This document shows positions 51,008 to 62,823 of a stretch of DNA of 64,000 nt, piece after piece. The position numbers and the translations under genes are program-made. The stretch lies in the NCBI RefSeq assembly GCF_009834535.1, contig NC_045696.1, forward strand, positions 119,662,001-119,726,000, written 5' to 3'. How positions within the stretch are numbered: position 1 is the stretch's first letter; every line of letters begins with the position of its first letter. The notes under the pieces were generated by a model that saw only the letters and a list, made by a program, of their open reading frames with translations, did not search any database and had not been told where the DNA came from. The DNA is from Camelus ferus (Eukaryota).

Positions 51008-53352
51008 GTGAGTACTGCCTTCACAGCCAGCGTGATGGCTGCTTCCTGAAAATGTCTCCTGCCTATTTGTGGTGACTCACCCTAATGCCCAGAACTTTGG
51101 GTCCTTATAATGATGATCATAGAATTAAAACTGTAAGACCTTTCTTAATTCAGAGAATTCTTCCATGTACTTTTGTTTTATTTTTAAAAAAAAAGGTCTT
51201 TGAGCTTCCCCTACAGCCTACTCTCAGGAGAGACCGTGCCTGTGCTGTGAATTTTAAAATGACCTGCCCGAGCAGAGTGGCTTCTGACGTCTTAAGCAGA
51301 TGATAAAAGAACTATAATTTCTGTGGTATTTCTACAACTTTGCTTACTTTGTGACTTTGCGGTGCTGACGATGTGTGTGCGTGCTGGTTCTTCATTGCTT
51401 GTGGGATAGGATTTAGCTTCATAATCTCCAGTGACCCTTCGAGCTTAAGATGCCTCTGGACCCCTCCCCTTAATGCCCAACGTGAGAGGAGACGGTTTGA
51501 AGAGGGTGTGACAGCTCTCTGAGTCAAATGTGGGAAGGAGTTAACCTCAGGAAGTTTCACGCAGAGCCCGGTCCAATTCTTCCTGTGCTGAAAGAAGAAT
51601 TTATTTTTGAAACAAAGCATGTTGTAAGGGGGCGGGGGCACTCTGAGAATCAGGAGAATTTGTGAGCCCTCTGATTTGAAGTCTAGCAAGATGCCTGTAA
51701 GGGTCTGTACTGCAGTCACCATGGATCATTGCGAGTTCAGGACCCACTGCAGTTCTGCTCACGTGCCCTGCGATCTTCATCTTAATGTGCTCCTGGCATC
51801 CTTTCTAACACTGCCCCGTGGGCATGGAATTTTCTGCTTTGTCTTGCTGCCCCTTCCTCCCCAGCCACACTTCCTGCCGTGCCCTAAGTAACTGAGGAGG
51901 CGTGATGAAGGTTCCCGCTCCCTTGCCCTGTAGGTTGTTGGAAGTGCTGTCTCCTCTCCAGACTCACATGAGGGCGCGGAGTGGGAAGCCGCGGGTCACT
52001 GGGAGAGGCCGGGAGGGCTCTGAGCAGATGACGCGGCGCTTCCTCTGCTTCGTCTTCTCTGTCACCTCACAACCAGGAGCGCTGTGGCTTCTCCACCGTT
52101 TACTCGGGCCAGACTGTGCACTTGGCCGCGTTTTGGTTACATTAACTCAAACCTTTAGCTTTGTGAACTAGTTGTTTGCTCCCTGGCTGCTATGAACAGT
52201 GCTGCTGTGGACACGGGCATGCTCAGTAGTGTTGTTAAGCTGAAGGAAACCGTTTCGTGATTCCATTGCTGGGCTCAGTGAACTATCGGCACGCCACCAC
52301 GTGGGCACTTTGAATCGATCCCTAGGGGTTTTCGGAAATTACTTGAAGTGACTTTTTCCTCCCAAACTCTCCCAGCCCGACTGGCTGGAGGCCTGAGGAC
52401 ACTGGCCAAGGTTCCTGCCCTCTCACAGCCCTCCTCTCCGCCTGTCACAGCTGTCCCCCAGAGGGGAGGTCCCAGGGACAGATCATCCTGGCTCTAGTCA
52501 TCTTGTTCCCCCTCTTTGTTGTTATGCTGTCTTCTGTGTGACTCTCACAGGTCATGTTCAGACGCACAGCGTTGTTGACCTGATCTGAGGAACTGGGTTA
52601 GAGGTGTCCCTGGTCGCCCAGCCTTGCAGGGAGGCAGAGCAGTCTGCGCTCAGTAGGCCCCGGAGCAGCTCCGCCCCTACCGGACTCCTGCTGGCTTCCC
52701 CCAGGGGGCGCTATACAGGCCCTGATACCATGTGGGGCCCTCTTTCTAGCTGAGTGTCTTTTTTTCAGATGAGAAGCCGGTGACATTTAGGTCAAATATG
52801 GTTGATTTTTATGTTTTTCGATTCCTGGTGACAAGTTCACCTGCGATAACTTACAGTTTGCCTGTAGGTGCTGAGTGGCAGGTCTGAGTGTATCAGAAAA
52901 CCACTGTGAAAGTCCCTTGGCCAAGGGAGTGGCCAGAGTGAGCTAGGGAAGCCGTTCCTTTCCCACCATAGCTGGGTCTTGCTGTTCCTTATGTCCCACG
53001 CAGCACCCAGTCCAGTGAGAACAGGTGTTCAGTTGACGTGCTGGCTTCTGAGATGAATTATCTGGAAAGCCCCTTTATCAGGCTGTAAAAAAGTGTGTGT
53101 CAGTTGGGTTTCAGGCAAACCTTCAAATCTTCCTGCTCTTGTTGCACAACGCGGACAGTGCCTGGCACACGGCAGTTATTCACACAGGGCTCAATCTAAA
53201 TATTTGTATGTGAAAAGAAATGTTTATTTTAAGATATGGCATGTTATGGGATGGGGTGGTCATTTTAATTTGAGAAATTAGAAGACTTGGGTACTGGCTT
53301 AACTTCAGTTGCCAGCTGTCTCTGTGATTTGAGCAGAGTAAAATTTGTGTGT

Positions 53353-53379
53353 ACACACACACACACACACACACACACA
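53353..53379. repeat. (AC)n microsatellite
   Basis: Seen directly. Confidence 0.95.
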
Positions 53380-53757
53380 TGGAGCTGAGTGGGAAATGAA
53401 CTGTGATTAAGAACATGGACTTTGGAATCTTAGAATGAAGGCTTTAATTGAATCCATGTCGCACATCCATTGACTGTCTGCCATGAACCAGACACTGTGT
53501 ACTCACAAAAAGACCTCCTGTCATCGGAACTGTTACTACTTGCAGAATACTCATTCCCTAATGCCGTAGCCTACTGTTGGATTATTAGAAAAACTTACAG
53601 TTAACTTTCTTAATTACCAGTATAGAAGTTGTAGATTATCTCAGATACAGTGACATGAAGACAAGCTTGCTTACTGCTCCCTTTATGTTTTCTAGGGTAT
53701 CAGGGGAAGTCAGTCTGATCGTGTATGTTTTTCATTTATGTTTGTATTTGGCCCCAG

Positions 53758-53959
53758 GCCTATCACGGTCACCACCAAGCCCTGGAAGTGTTGGTGCAGT
53801 CTCTGTTAGATCTGGACGTGAGAAACAGCAGTGGAAGAACGCCCTTGGACCTCGCAGCTTTTAAGGGCCACGTGGAATGCGTGGATGTCCTCATCAACCA
53901 GGGAGCCTCGATCTTAGTGAAAGACTACATTCTGAAGCGAACACCTATCCATGCGGCCG
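53758..53959 (+). CDS. ANKRD28: ANKRD28 exon AYHGHHQALEVLVQSLLDLDV...LKRTPIHAA(A)
   Basis: ccccag|GCC ... GCCG|gtatgt; 202 nt. Confidence 0.96.
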
Positions 53960-55745
53960 GTATGTCAGATGCTGTGCGTGATTCTGTTTACCACTTTCCA
54001 CCTCATTCTTTCCTCTTTCAGTTTCTGGTATATTATACTCCTGATGATTGTTTTAGCAACTTTGACTTTAAAAATTCTATTCACTCTATTCTTGGAAAAG
54101 TCACCAGACTATAATCACCTTAAAAAACTATTATCTACCTTAGAAATTGGACGTATATAATAGTCTAACTTCTGGAGTACTTTATAAACAACAAAAAAAA
54201 TGCAGAACTTTTTACTTCTTTTTGGGGGAAATTATTTTGGGTTGATACGTGGTTTCATCTAACAGTTGTGCTCAGTGCACACTTGAGCAGACAGGCGTGT
54301 GGTGCGCCTGCCTCCTGTGAGAACCGCTCCATGACACGGCCATGTCAAAGTGCAGAGTCTAACCATGCTGTCGCGGTGACAGTACCCACCGAGGTGTCCC
54401 CCGCTCTCCATGGGGGTTACTGCGTGGCAGTGCTCACTTTGAGTCATGACTCCAAGACTGGTATACCTGAGAAATGCTGCTCAGGCATCTGTGTCATCCC
54501 CAGTGGGCCATCTCCGAATGACTAGATTCGTTTCACTTAGTCTGTTTGTACAGAGCGATCCTTGAGGACTCATTTGACCTCACGTCTAGTCATCAGGAAA
54601 ACGTGCCGTTTAGAGGGCTGGGAAACTAGCACCCGCTGTGGCCCCGGGGCAGCCTTGCAGAAGCTGTCTGGCGTTCAGGCAGGCTTCAGAGGCAAAAATT
54701 TTGATAACAGATTAAAAGTCCTAATAAATGTATGTATATAAACTGCTATAATGCTAAAAATAAGAAGTCAAAGTGCCATCATTTTCTGTTACCTTATTCT
54801 GAAAAAGCGTAAAGTTATACATCATTCCGCAGCTTGAAATACTACACTATAAGCACATTACTTGCAGAGCTGACTTAAAGCTTTCGTGGATTGTTTGCCC
54901 TCTTCATGGATGAATATTGGAACCAAGACGTTCATGAGCCCCTCAGAACTGGCTGACCAATGCCGTGTACTTGATAAGTCCTGTCCACTGAAAGAGTTTC
55001 AGGGTTCCGTTAGCACCATCTGTTCAGTGAGCGTGAGCCTGGTGTCTGTGGACGCCTTCCACGTTGGGAGGTCTGCCCAGGTGACACTTACCCCCAAGTC
55101 ATGAAAAGGACACTGAGTTTTTTTGGAGGTGAACCTGTCTTTTCCCACAGGGTTATGCCTGATGTTCGGGTACTGAGCTCAGACGATACACTCACAAGTA
55201 GCTGCCGTGTGCCCAGGGTCAGTGAATCCATAAAAAAAGAATGGGCCAAACAGAACATCCTTGAAGCATCCCCAAGGATCACGTCTGAAATCGGGAAAAG
55301 AGGACTCATTGTCAGGGATAAAAATATTTCCCAGAAGCTCTCCAGACTTCTTAACGTCTCAGTGGGCAGAACTTGAAATCGGTCACTGCAAAGAGGACTG
55401 GACTTGATGTCATTGACTTGGTCTCCTCATGATTTCATCCCTGGCTGGAGGCAGGCCACCCCCCGACCACACTGCTGCCACCGGAGAACTAAGCTGAATG
55501 AGTGTCTATAGGCAGGGCAGGTGTGAGTGCTGGCTGAGGTCCTGATCTGCCGTGAGGAACTCATGTCTGTTCAGTTTTATCATCAAAGGCAATAGAAATC
55601 TTTGTGTCTATAGATACTTTTCTTTGTTGCCTGTAAAATTCAGTGAATATGCCAAAATTGTATCTAGAAAATGTGATTTAAGATGGATATTTTCTATTTT
55701 TTTCATTATATATAATTGCTGAAATTTTAAAATATCACTTTACAG

Positions 55746-55833
55746 CAACAAATGGTCATTCGGAATGCTTACGGCTACTGATAGGAAATGCAGAACCACA
55801 GAATGCAGTAGACATTCAAGATGGGAACGGACA
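55746..55833 (+). CDS. ANKRD28: ANKRD28 exon (A)TNGHSECLRLLIGNAEPQNAVDIQDGNG(Q)
   Basis: ttacag|CA ... GGACA|gtaagt; 88 nt. Confidence 0.96.
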
Positions 55834-56039
55834 GTAAGTGTTAATACTTGTTAGGTTATTTGGGGATGTGTGTTCATCTTCATACCTTGGCCCCTCTTTG
55901 AAGTAAGTCTGTCGCCCTGTGAGTGAGTAACATCAAACAACGCCCTTCAGGCACGCTTTAAAGTCGCACCACCAAGAGGACATGCTGGGTTCTCGTGGGC
56001 GGTCTGGGTGGTGACACTGAATGTGCCCCTGTTACTCAG

Positions 56040-56157
56040 GACCCCGCTGATGCTGTCTGTTCTCAACGGGCACACGGACTGCGTCTACTCACTGCTGAAC
56101 AAAGGAGCCAGCGTGGATGCCAAAGACAAATGGGGAAGGACGGCCCTGCACAGAGGG
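56040..56157 (+). CDS. ANKRD28: ANKRD28 exon [39 protein letters not shown]
   Basis: actcag|G ... GGG|gtgagc; 118 nt. Confidence 0.96.
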
Positions 56158-56682
56158 GTGAGCGGACACATCCCCACTCCTTTCGGAGTTGTTGTACCTC
56201 CGTTCACCTAAAACTGAAGTAGGCTGTCTTTACAGTTTCCTTCATTAAATTTGTACCAAATAATCTTTACTGTTTATTTCAGTTTCTTTAAACAACCACA
56301 AAGCACAACTTAATCCAGAGAATAGTCACGTTGGAACAAAATCTTTAAAACTCTAAAACCTTGAGTAGAATTAATGTCGGTATTACTTTTTTCCATTATC
56401 ACAACTATGTTCTTACCCATTTCTGTCTTAACTCTTTGACCTTCGAAATAATATTTTCATTGAATTCAAAGTTCCTCTATTCCTGTTGTTCGTATGACTT
56501 TTGTTTTGACAGAGTCAAAATAAGCAAGTTCCAGGACAAATACTGGGTTACTCAGGAAATGATAAATGCCTTAGTTGGTGGGAGGATGGGGCATGCAGAC
56601 TTTAGAATTCCTGATCAGCTATAATTGGCATGTGGTGCCCGACATAGTGCATTCAACTCCCTGCAAACAATCTTTCTCTCAG

Positions 56683-56902
56683 GCAGTCACCGGCCACGAG
56701 GAGTGCGTGGACGCGTTACTTCAGCATGGTGCTAAGTGCTTGTTCCGAGACAGCAGGGGCCGGACACCCATACACTTGTCAGCCGCCTGCGGGCACATCG
56801 GAGTGCTTGGGGCCCTGCTGCAGGCGGCGGCCAGCTCGGAGTCGAGCCCAGCCCTGGCTGACAGTCACGGCTACACGGCGCTGCACTGGGCCTGCTACAA
56901 CG
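56683..56902 (+). CDS. ANKRD28: ANKRD28 exon AVTGHEECVDALLQHGAKC...HGYTALHWACYN(G)
   Basis: tctcag|GCA ... AACG|gttaagtat; 220 nt. Confidence 0.95.
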
Positions 56903-59047
56903 GTTAAGTATAAGCGTTCAAGCTCCAGTAGGTGCCTGGGACGTGCCAAGGAGAGACAGCGGGCTGGGTCACAGCGGTGTTCGCGGGAAAGTCTCATTTA
57001 TAAGGTAGACGTGCCGTTTAAGAGCGCAGGAAAGTCTGGGGACAATCCCCCCATTAAGGGCCACTCCCGTCCCTTGTGCTGAAGCAGGAGACTAGTCACA
57101 GGTGTGTGAGATAAGCGATCACTAAGGTTAAATGTTTTTTAGACCTTTGCTTCGATACATATTTTGCATTTTTAAGATACTTGCTTTAAAAAAACAAGTA
57201 TAGTGGCTGTTCTGACGTTCAGCTGACTGCCTTCCCTGAGAGGAGAATTCTGTCTTCGCTGGGAACCGTTTTGACAGATAATTGTTGAGTTAGGGTAAAG
57301 GAGGCGAAATTGGAATCTTGCAAAATTACAGTTTAATTAAACGTTTTCATTAGCATTTCTAGCTACAGTGTTTCGATGTTCACGTTAACCCTTTTGTTGG
57401 GATAGAGAGTTCTTTTCTTTTGTTCTGAGCACATTTTGTTCTCTCCTTGAGGATTGTCCTGTGGTTACTTGTTCAACTGAGTACCAAGGGTTCCGTAGAA
57501 AACTTGAACAGTTAAATATATTGCTAATTCAAAAGCTTAGTTCTGTCAGTTTTATTTTTACTATCTCAGGTCCTTAGCCAGAACAGTTTTGAAAACTGCA
57601 AAACCGTTGCATTTCCACTCTTTTTTTCATTTTCCAGCTCAGTTAAGTAGGTATTTAATGAACATAGCAAAATAGTCAAAGAGTAGTCCTAAGTCAAAGA
57701 TACTACATTTTGCCACTGAAATCCGGTTTGTCTTTATAATGTAACTTGACATCTTACAAGTGTAAGGAAAACCAAAAACATCTTAATATAGTAGGAAAAC
57801 ATCCACAGATGTGAACTTTATTTAAGACGTCAGTGAGATAAAACTGTTTTGAAGCAGACTTTCCTTGGTTCTTTTCAGTGTTAAATGTAACAGTGAGAAT
57901 TAACCATTGGAAAAATCAGACAGTAAGGTATTTTGTCAGGTGGAGCATTTAGTTGTGGAACTGCTGCTGGAGCCCTCCTTTGGAGAGCTGCTGCCTGTCA
58001 CAGCGTCCCATCAGGGCTCTGCGGAGAGCTCTTCTCCCGCGATGAGTGCCTGCTCTGTCACTGCCGAACTTAGACTCTCTGAGCACGCTGTATACAAGAG
58101 ACAGAATTTTGCACAAACTGCGTGCTTTGTTGCCATTTAAAGATCATAACAGGTGCGTGTAATTTCTAGGCTGTAACAAAGCTGTGACGGTCCTGAGCTG
58201 AGCTGGACTGAACTAGCTGTGTGCTGACTGGGCACAGTAAGGGACTTTACAGGCCATCTAAGATTAACGCCGAGTTTATAAGCCAAAAGCCCGTTATATA
58301 AGTTGGCATTCTAAGGGTCAAATATATAAATGGTTTTACTTTGACTAGTGGTCACTCTGCAGCCGGAGTGAGAACAGGAAGTGCTCCGACAGAGCAGAGA
58401 ACAGCCTTCCTCTCAACACGGAGCGATGGCTGTCTTAGAACGGAACTGGCTGTCCACACTAACGTGAGAGTTCAGAGTTTCAGTTTCTGGAGTCATGCAA
58501 GCACAGAATTTAAGAATGCTTACATTATCTCATATGTTCCTGTTAAGATTCTCATCAGTTTTTATGAAGCTATAGTCATCTTCAGAATATCCCTCTAAAG
58601 CGTGAAGAGACCAGTAGTTTTGTCCTTTTAAAACTGAGACGCAAGGTGGAGAGTTTTTCAGTCTGATGTGCCGAGTGATGGCTGGAGGGGGGTCCTGGCC
58701 CCAGGACTGTGGGTTACAGTGATTATATTGACTGTATTGGAATTAGAACTGAGAAATGTAAGGGTATTTATTGATTTATTTTAAAATAATAAATACATTA
58801 AATGTCAATATAAATAGCATTTTTATGAAAAGTAACTACTTCCCCTCCCCAGAATTAGCGCTAGAGTAGCAAATTTCTTTGATGGCTTATTTAAGAGGAG
58901 GGCAGTGTGCAGTGTCACCTTGCAGTCCCCCAGACCACACCATGAGAACGGTTGCTCCAGGACTAAAGAGGGGACTCGAGTCAGTACTGGACGACTTTCC
59001 TCAGTGACTTCTTGGTAATGAGTTCACGTTTGGAGGAAGAATTAAAA

Positions 59048-59277
59048 CAGATTTTTTGGACCTCAGCACTGTCAACATTTTCAAGTCAGAGAATTCCTTG
59101 CTGGGAGTGACTGTCGAGTGCATCGCAAGGTGCTCTGCAGCAGCCTGGCTTCCACCCGCTAGACTCTTTCCCCGGCCCCTCACCCCACACTCCCCACCCC
59201 AGCTGTGACAGGCAGAAAGCTCTGGACGTGGCCCGATGGCTCGCAAAGGCTAACGTCGCCGCAGCTGAGGACTACTG
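59048..59277. mobile_element. MER20-like hAT-Charlie relic
   Basis: cctcagcactgtcaacatttt...cccagctgtgaca...gctgaggactactg follows the recalled MER20 layout. Confidence 0.7.
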
Positions 59278-59599
59278 GGTGGAGGAGCTGATAGATTGTG
59301 GAGCAGATCTTAGGTTTCCTAAAACTTACTTCCTTTTCCTGGTAAAACGATAACAGGATGGAGGTTAAGTTGACAGGTTGTTTGAGAACGTTAGCATAAT
59401 TAAAACAGAAATAGAGCGTCACTTGGTCAGCCAGATACTGAGCCATGGAAATAGAGAGGCTCTGAAAGAATCTGATTCCTCATGCAGATCTCAAATGACT
59501 GATGAAATGAAACAAGCAACATTTCATTTGCTATAATTAATACTGCAGTTGAGGTACTTTAACTAAAACCCTGGCTTTGAAAATCAAGTTAAGAAAATG

Positions 59600-60150
59600 T
59601 GAGATCTGGGTTTTCCCCTGTTTTCAAAGTTGCTATTAAAAACTGTGGGTCTGATATCTACTCATAATCAATATACTTGTCCTTTAACCCAGAAATACCA
59701 TTTCTAGGAAATTGCTCCTAGGAATACAAAAATAAACACTTATTTTAAGTATTGGAGTGTTTCATTTACAACACTGTTAATAATATGACAAAGAAAAACA
59801 AATCAGCAGTCACCTCAAAATCCGAGAGAATAGATATTATGTCCTTTAGGATACACTCTGATACTGTGAACGTCTTCCAAACCTACAATAAGATTTCTAC
59901 ATATGCTTTTATGGAAGGATATACACAGTTTACGAAGTAAAAAACAAGTTGCAGAAGAGCATTTGTGCAGATTTTAAAGGGAAGCGTGTGTTTGTGTGCA
60001 TGCAGTTGTGCGTGCCTGAGAACTTTCTGGAACTCTGAGGTAATACTGGTTTACCGTCTGGAGAGTGGAACTGGGACATGGGGTGGGGACAGGGACAGGT
60101 ACTTTTTTCCTCTAAACACTTCTACAGAATTCGAGATTTTACCATAGCTT
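59600..60150 (+). mobile_element. Very old L1ME-type 3' fragment
   Basis: ctttaacccagaaataccatttctaggaa...gtgtttcatttacaacactgttaataat. Confidence 0.5.
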
Positions 60151-60261
60151 GTTACTATAATCAGAAAATATTTAAATTTTGGAGTTAATTATGCTACATA
60201 AATATACTATTTTGGAAGTTATACTATGCTGTATAAATAGGGCATTTTAAAAACTAATGAC

Positions 60262-60332
60262 CTTTCTGCCAATTTCTGATTTGTAGTTTCTTTCTTGAAT
60301 AAAACACACATTTAAGAAAACAAAACAAAAAT
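60262..60332 (+). mobile_element. 71-bp retroposed polyadenylated 3' end of unknown source with 12-bp TSD
   Basis: Perfect aaaactaatgac at 60250-61 and 60333-44; AATAAA at 60298; A-rich tail 60314-32; TTTT/AAAA target site. Confidence 0.6.
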
Positions 60333-60629
60333 AAAACTAATGACTAAATTTCTCTAACCGGTCACCATGGAAAAAGAATAAGGAGACTATTTTTGCCCAC
60401 AAAGTAAATATTTGCCATGTCAGTAATACACTGCTGTAATGCACTTCAGGTCTCGAGGTTGCAGTTCGGGTTCCAGAGTGCCTAAACCTGGTGTTTGATG
60501 GGTTCCATGAATGGATTCTTTTTAACCCACGTAAAGCTTTCCCTTACTTGCGTAGGGACATGTGGGTGTGTATGGGCACTCCGGGACTTTTTTTTTACTT
60601 TAATGTCTGACTCTCGCTCGCTCACTCAG

Positions 60630-60717
60630 GTCACGAGACGTGTGTAGAGCTCCTCTTAGAGCAGGAAGTTTTCCAGAAGATGGAAGGAAATGCTTTCAGC
60701 CCGCTGCACTGCGCTGT
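60630..60717 (+). CDS. ANKRD28: ANKRD28 exon (G)[28 protein letters not shown](V)
   Basis: actcag|GT ... GCTGT|gtaagc; 88 nt. Confidence 0.95.
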
Positions 60718-60810
60718 GTAAGCCAAGGCGGGCCGAGCAGGGGTGGGTGCGCGCTGCAGACATGCCAGTGCCCAAAGTGACAGCCTGTCCTGTCACCTTC
60801 GCCTTCGCAG

Positions 60811-60894
60811 GATCAACGACAGCGAAGGCGCTGCTGAGATGCTCATCGACTCGCTGGGCGCCGGCATCGTGAACGCCCCGGACGCCAAGGGGAG
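60811..60894 (+). CDS. ANKRD28: ANKRD28 exon INDSEGAAEMLIDSLGAGIVNAPDAKG(R)
   Basis: tcgcag|G ... GGGAG|gtgggt; 84 nt; preceded by a 93-nt intron. Confidence 0.95.
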
Positions 60895-61470
60895 GTGGGT
60901 ACTGCCGGGGGACACCCCGCCCTGCCCGCACCTCCTGGATTAGGAGGAGATTTAAAGAGGACCCATTACTGATTAAAAGTTGATTTTTATGTTTGCAAGT
61001 GTAAATTGTCACCAAATCTTAACTACGTTCTCCTTACGAAAGACTTTTCTATATGATTTTCAGCCAGTCTTTTCAAAACCTGTTAAGTACAAAGATTTCC
61101 CTTTTTTAAAAAAAGGGGTATGTTTGTTACCCTAAGCTTATTTTTAATACCAAGTTAACAGTTTGCTAAAGAGGAATAAGGCGGGGGAGCGGCCAGCAGT
61201 TGTAGATAGTAGTGTGGTTGGTCAGGATTTACTTCTTTCAAAATTCCCTTTAATGATGTGATTTAGGGGATTTTATTTATATTACTTTAATTAAGAGCCT
61301 TTTATACTATGAGAAATAAAAAGTTTTTTGTGGCAGGAATCAGATTTGTAGGCAGGCAATGCTATTTAGCCTCGGACATAAGCCCTGGAGAATTGCTTGT
61401 CATAAATTAAGAGAATTGTCTAGAGTAACGAGTGAGAGATCTAGCCCGGCCTCCCCGCCTCTGTGCGCAG

Positions 61471-61616
61471 AACCCCGCTGCACGCGGCCGCCTTCACAGA
61501 CCACGTGGAGTGCCTGCAGCTGCTGCTCAGCCACAATGCTCAGGTCAACGCCGTGGACTCCTCGGGGAAGACCCCGCTCATGATGGCTGCGGAGAACGGG
61601 CAGACGAACACAGTCG
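61471..61616 (+). CDS. ANKRD28: ANKRD28 exon [48 protein letters not shown](E)
   Basis: gcgcag|A ... GTCG|gtaaag; 146 nt. Confidence 0.96.
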
Positions 61617-62222
61617 GTAAAGAAACGGGCCACGGCCCTCGTTCTGAGTGTGCGTGTTGCTGACGTGTGGTTCAGATCCCAAGCCACCTGACTCTGGTTC
61701 TCTGACTGTTCCGTGAGTTTTCTCACCACTCCTGAGGTTTCACGCCCCCCACCTCCGCTGATAGCCGCATGCGCATTTGCGCTTCCTGGTGGGAGGCCTC
61801 CTTAGCGGGGCCGAGGACAGTGCCTGAGACCCCAGCTCTGGAGTCGGACTGACTGTGAATCTTAGACCTGCCAACTCAGTGACTTTATGCCTCAGGGTTT
61901 TCATTTACAAAGTGAGCAGAATAACAGAAACCACTTTGTAGGGTGGTTGTGAGGGGTCAGTAAGTCACTGTAAACGCAGAACACTTCCAGCCGTGTGTGG
62001 AACTGGGCAGGCACCCGCAGAATGAATGCTAGCTGCTGTTTATGCCTGTTACTCACACAACAATACGACAGTGCAGTATGCACCTTTGTATTACTATGTA
62101 TTTTCTTGCGCTTAAGTTTTTGCTAGAGGGATATTCTTTCTGTCTTCATTTCTCTACAGTGAGTTGTTAGTAATGAGATACATGTTCATAAATAAAAGAG
62201 TTGACAGAGTTTTTCCTCCCAG

Positions 62223-62305
62223 AGATGCTGGTGAGCAGTGCTAGTGCAGACCTGACTCTGCAAGACAGCAGTAAAAACACCGCGCTCCATCTGGCTTGCG
62301 GCAAG
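62223..62305 (+). CDS. ANKRD28: ANKRD28 exon (E)MLVSSASADLTLQDSSKNTALHLACGK
   Basis: tcccag|AG ... AAG|gtacgt; 83 nt. Confidence 0.95.
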
Positions 62306-62740
62306 GTACGTGCGCACTTCAGGGGTGTTTTCACTGTTAATATCAACAGCGGCATTTAAAGGTTTTCCACTTGACTGAAATGAGCAGAGATAGGGACCAA
62401 ACTTCTCTAATAACCATTGGCATCAGATTTGTTGGGGAAAAAACACTGACGTGTTAAGCACCGTGATACATGGACGTTTCCCATCAGCCAAGTAAGCTGT
62501 GGAGCACAAGCCTAAATGTAATTACTGCCTTTCTCTCACCTCTCCGATCTTAAATGTCCTCATCCTCGACCCCATCACACCAACACATGTTTGGACAGAT
62601 ATGTAAGGCATTTGCCAAAGAATTCATGGTGTATGTATGGTGCTGTATATATTATATGGACTAGGGTTGGGGTGTATTGAGGGTATAAATGTATCTTTAA
62701 TGGTGCCTAAGTTTTTAAGAGTTATTTGCCATAATTTTAG

Positions 62741-62823
62741 GGTCATGAAACTAGTGCCTTGTTAATACTGGAAAAGATAACAGACAGAAACCTCATCAAT
62801 GCAACCAATGCAGCTTTGCAAAC
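62741..62823 (+). CDS. ANKRD28: ANKRD28 exon GHETSALLILEKITDRNLINATNAALQ(T)
   Basis: ttttag|GGT ... CAAAC|gtgagt; 83 nt. Confidence 0.96.

Noticed and set aside
60718..60810. In-frame retention of the 93-nt intron
   Set aside because: The length is divisible by 3, but retention reads GTG TAA and stops immediately.
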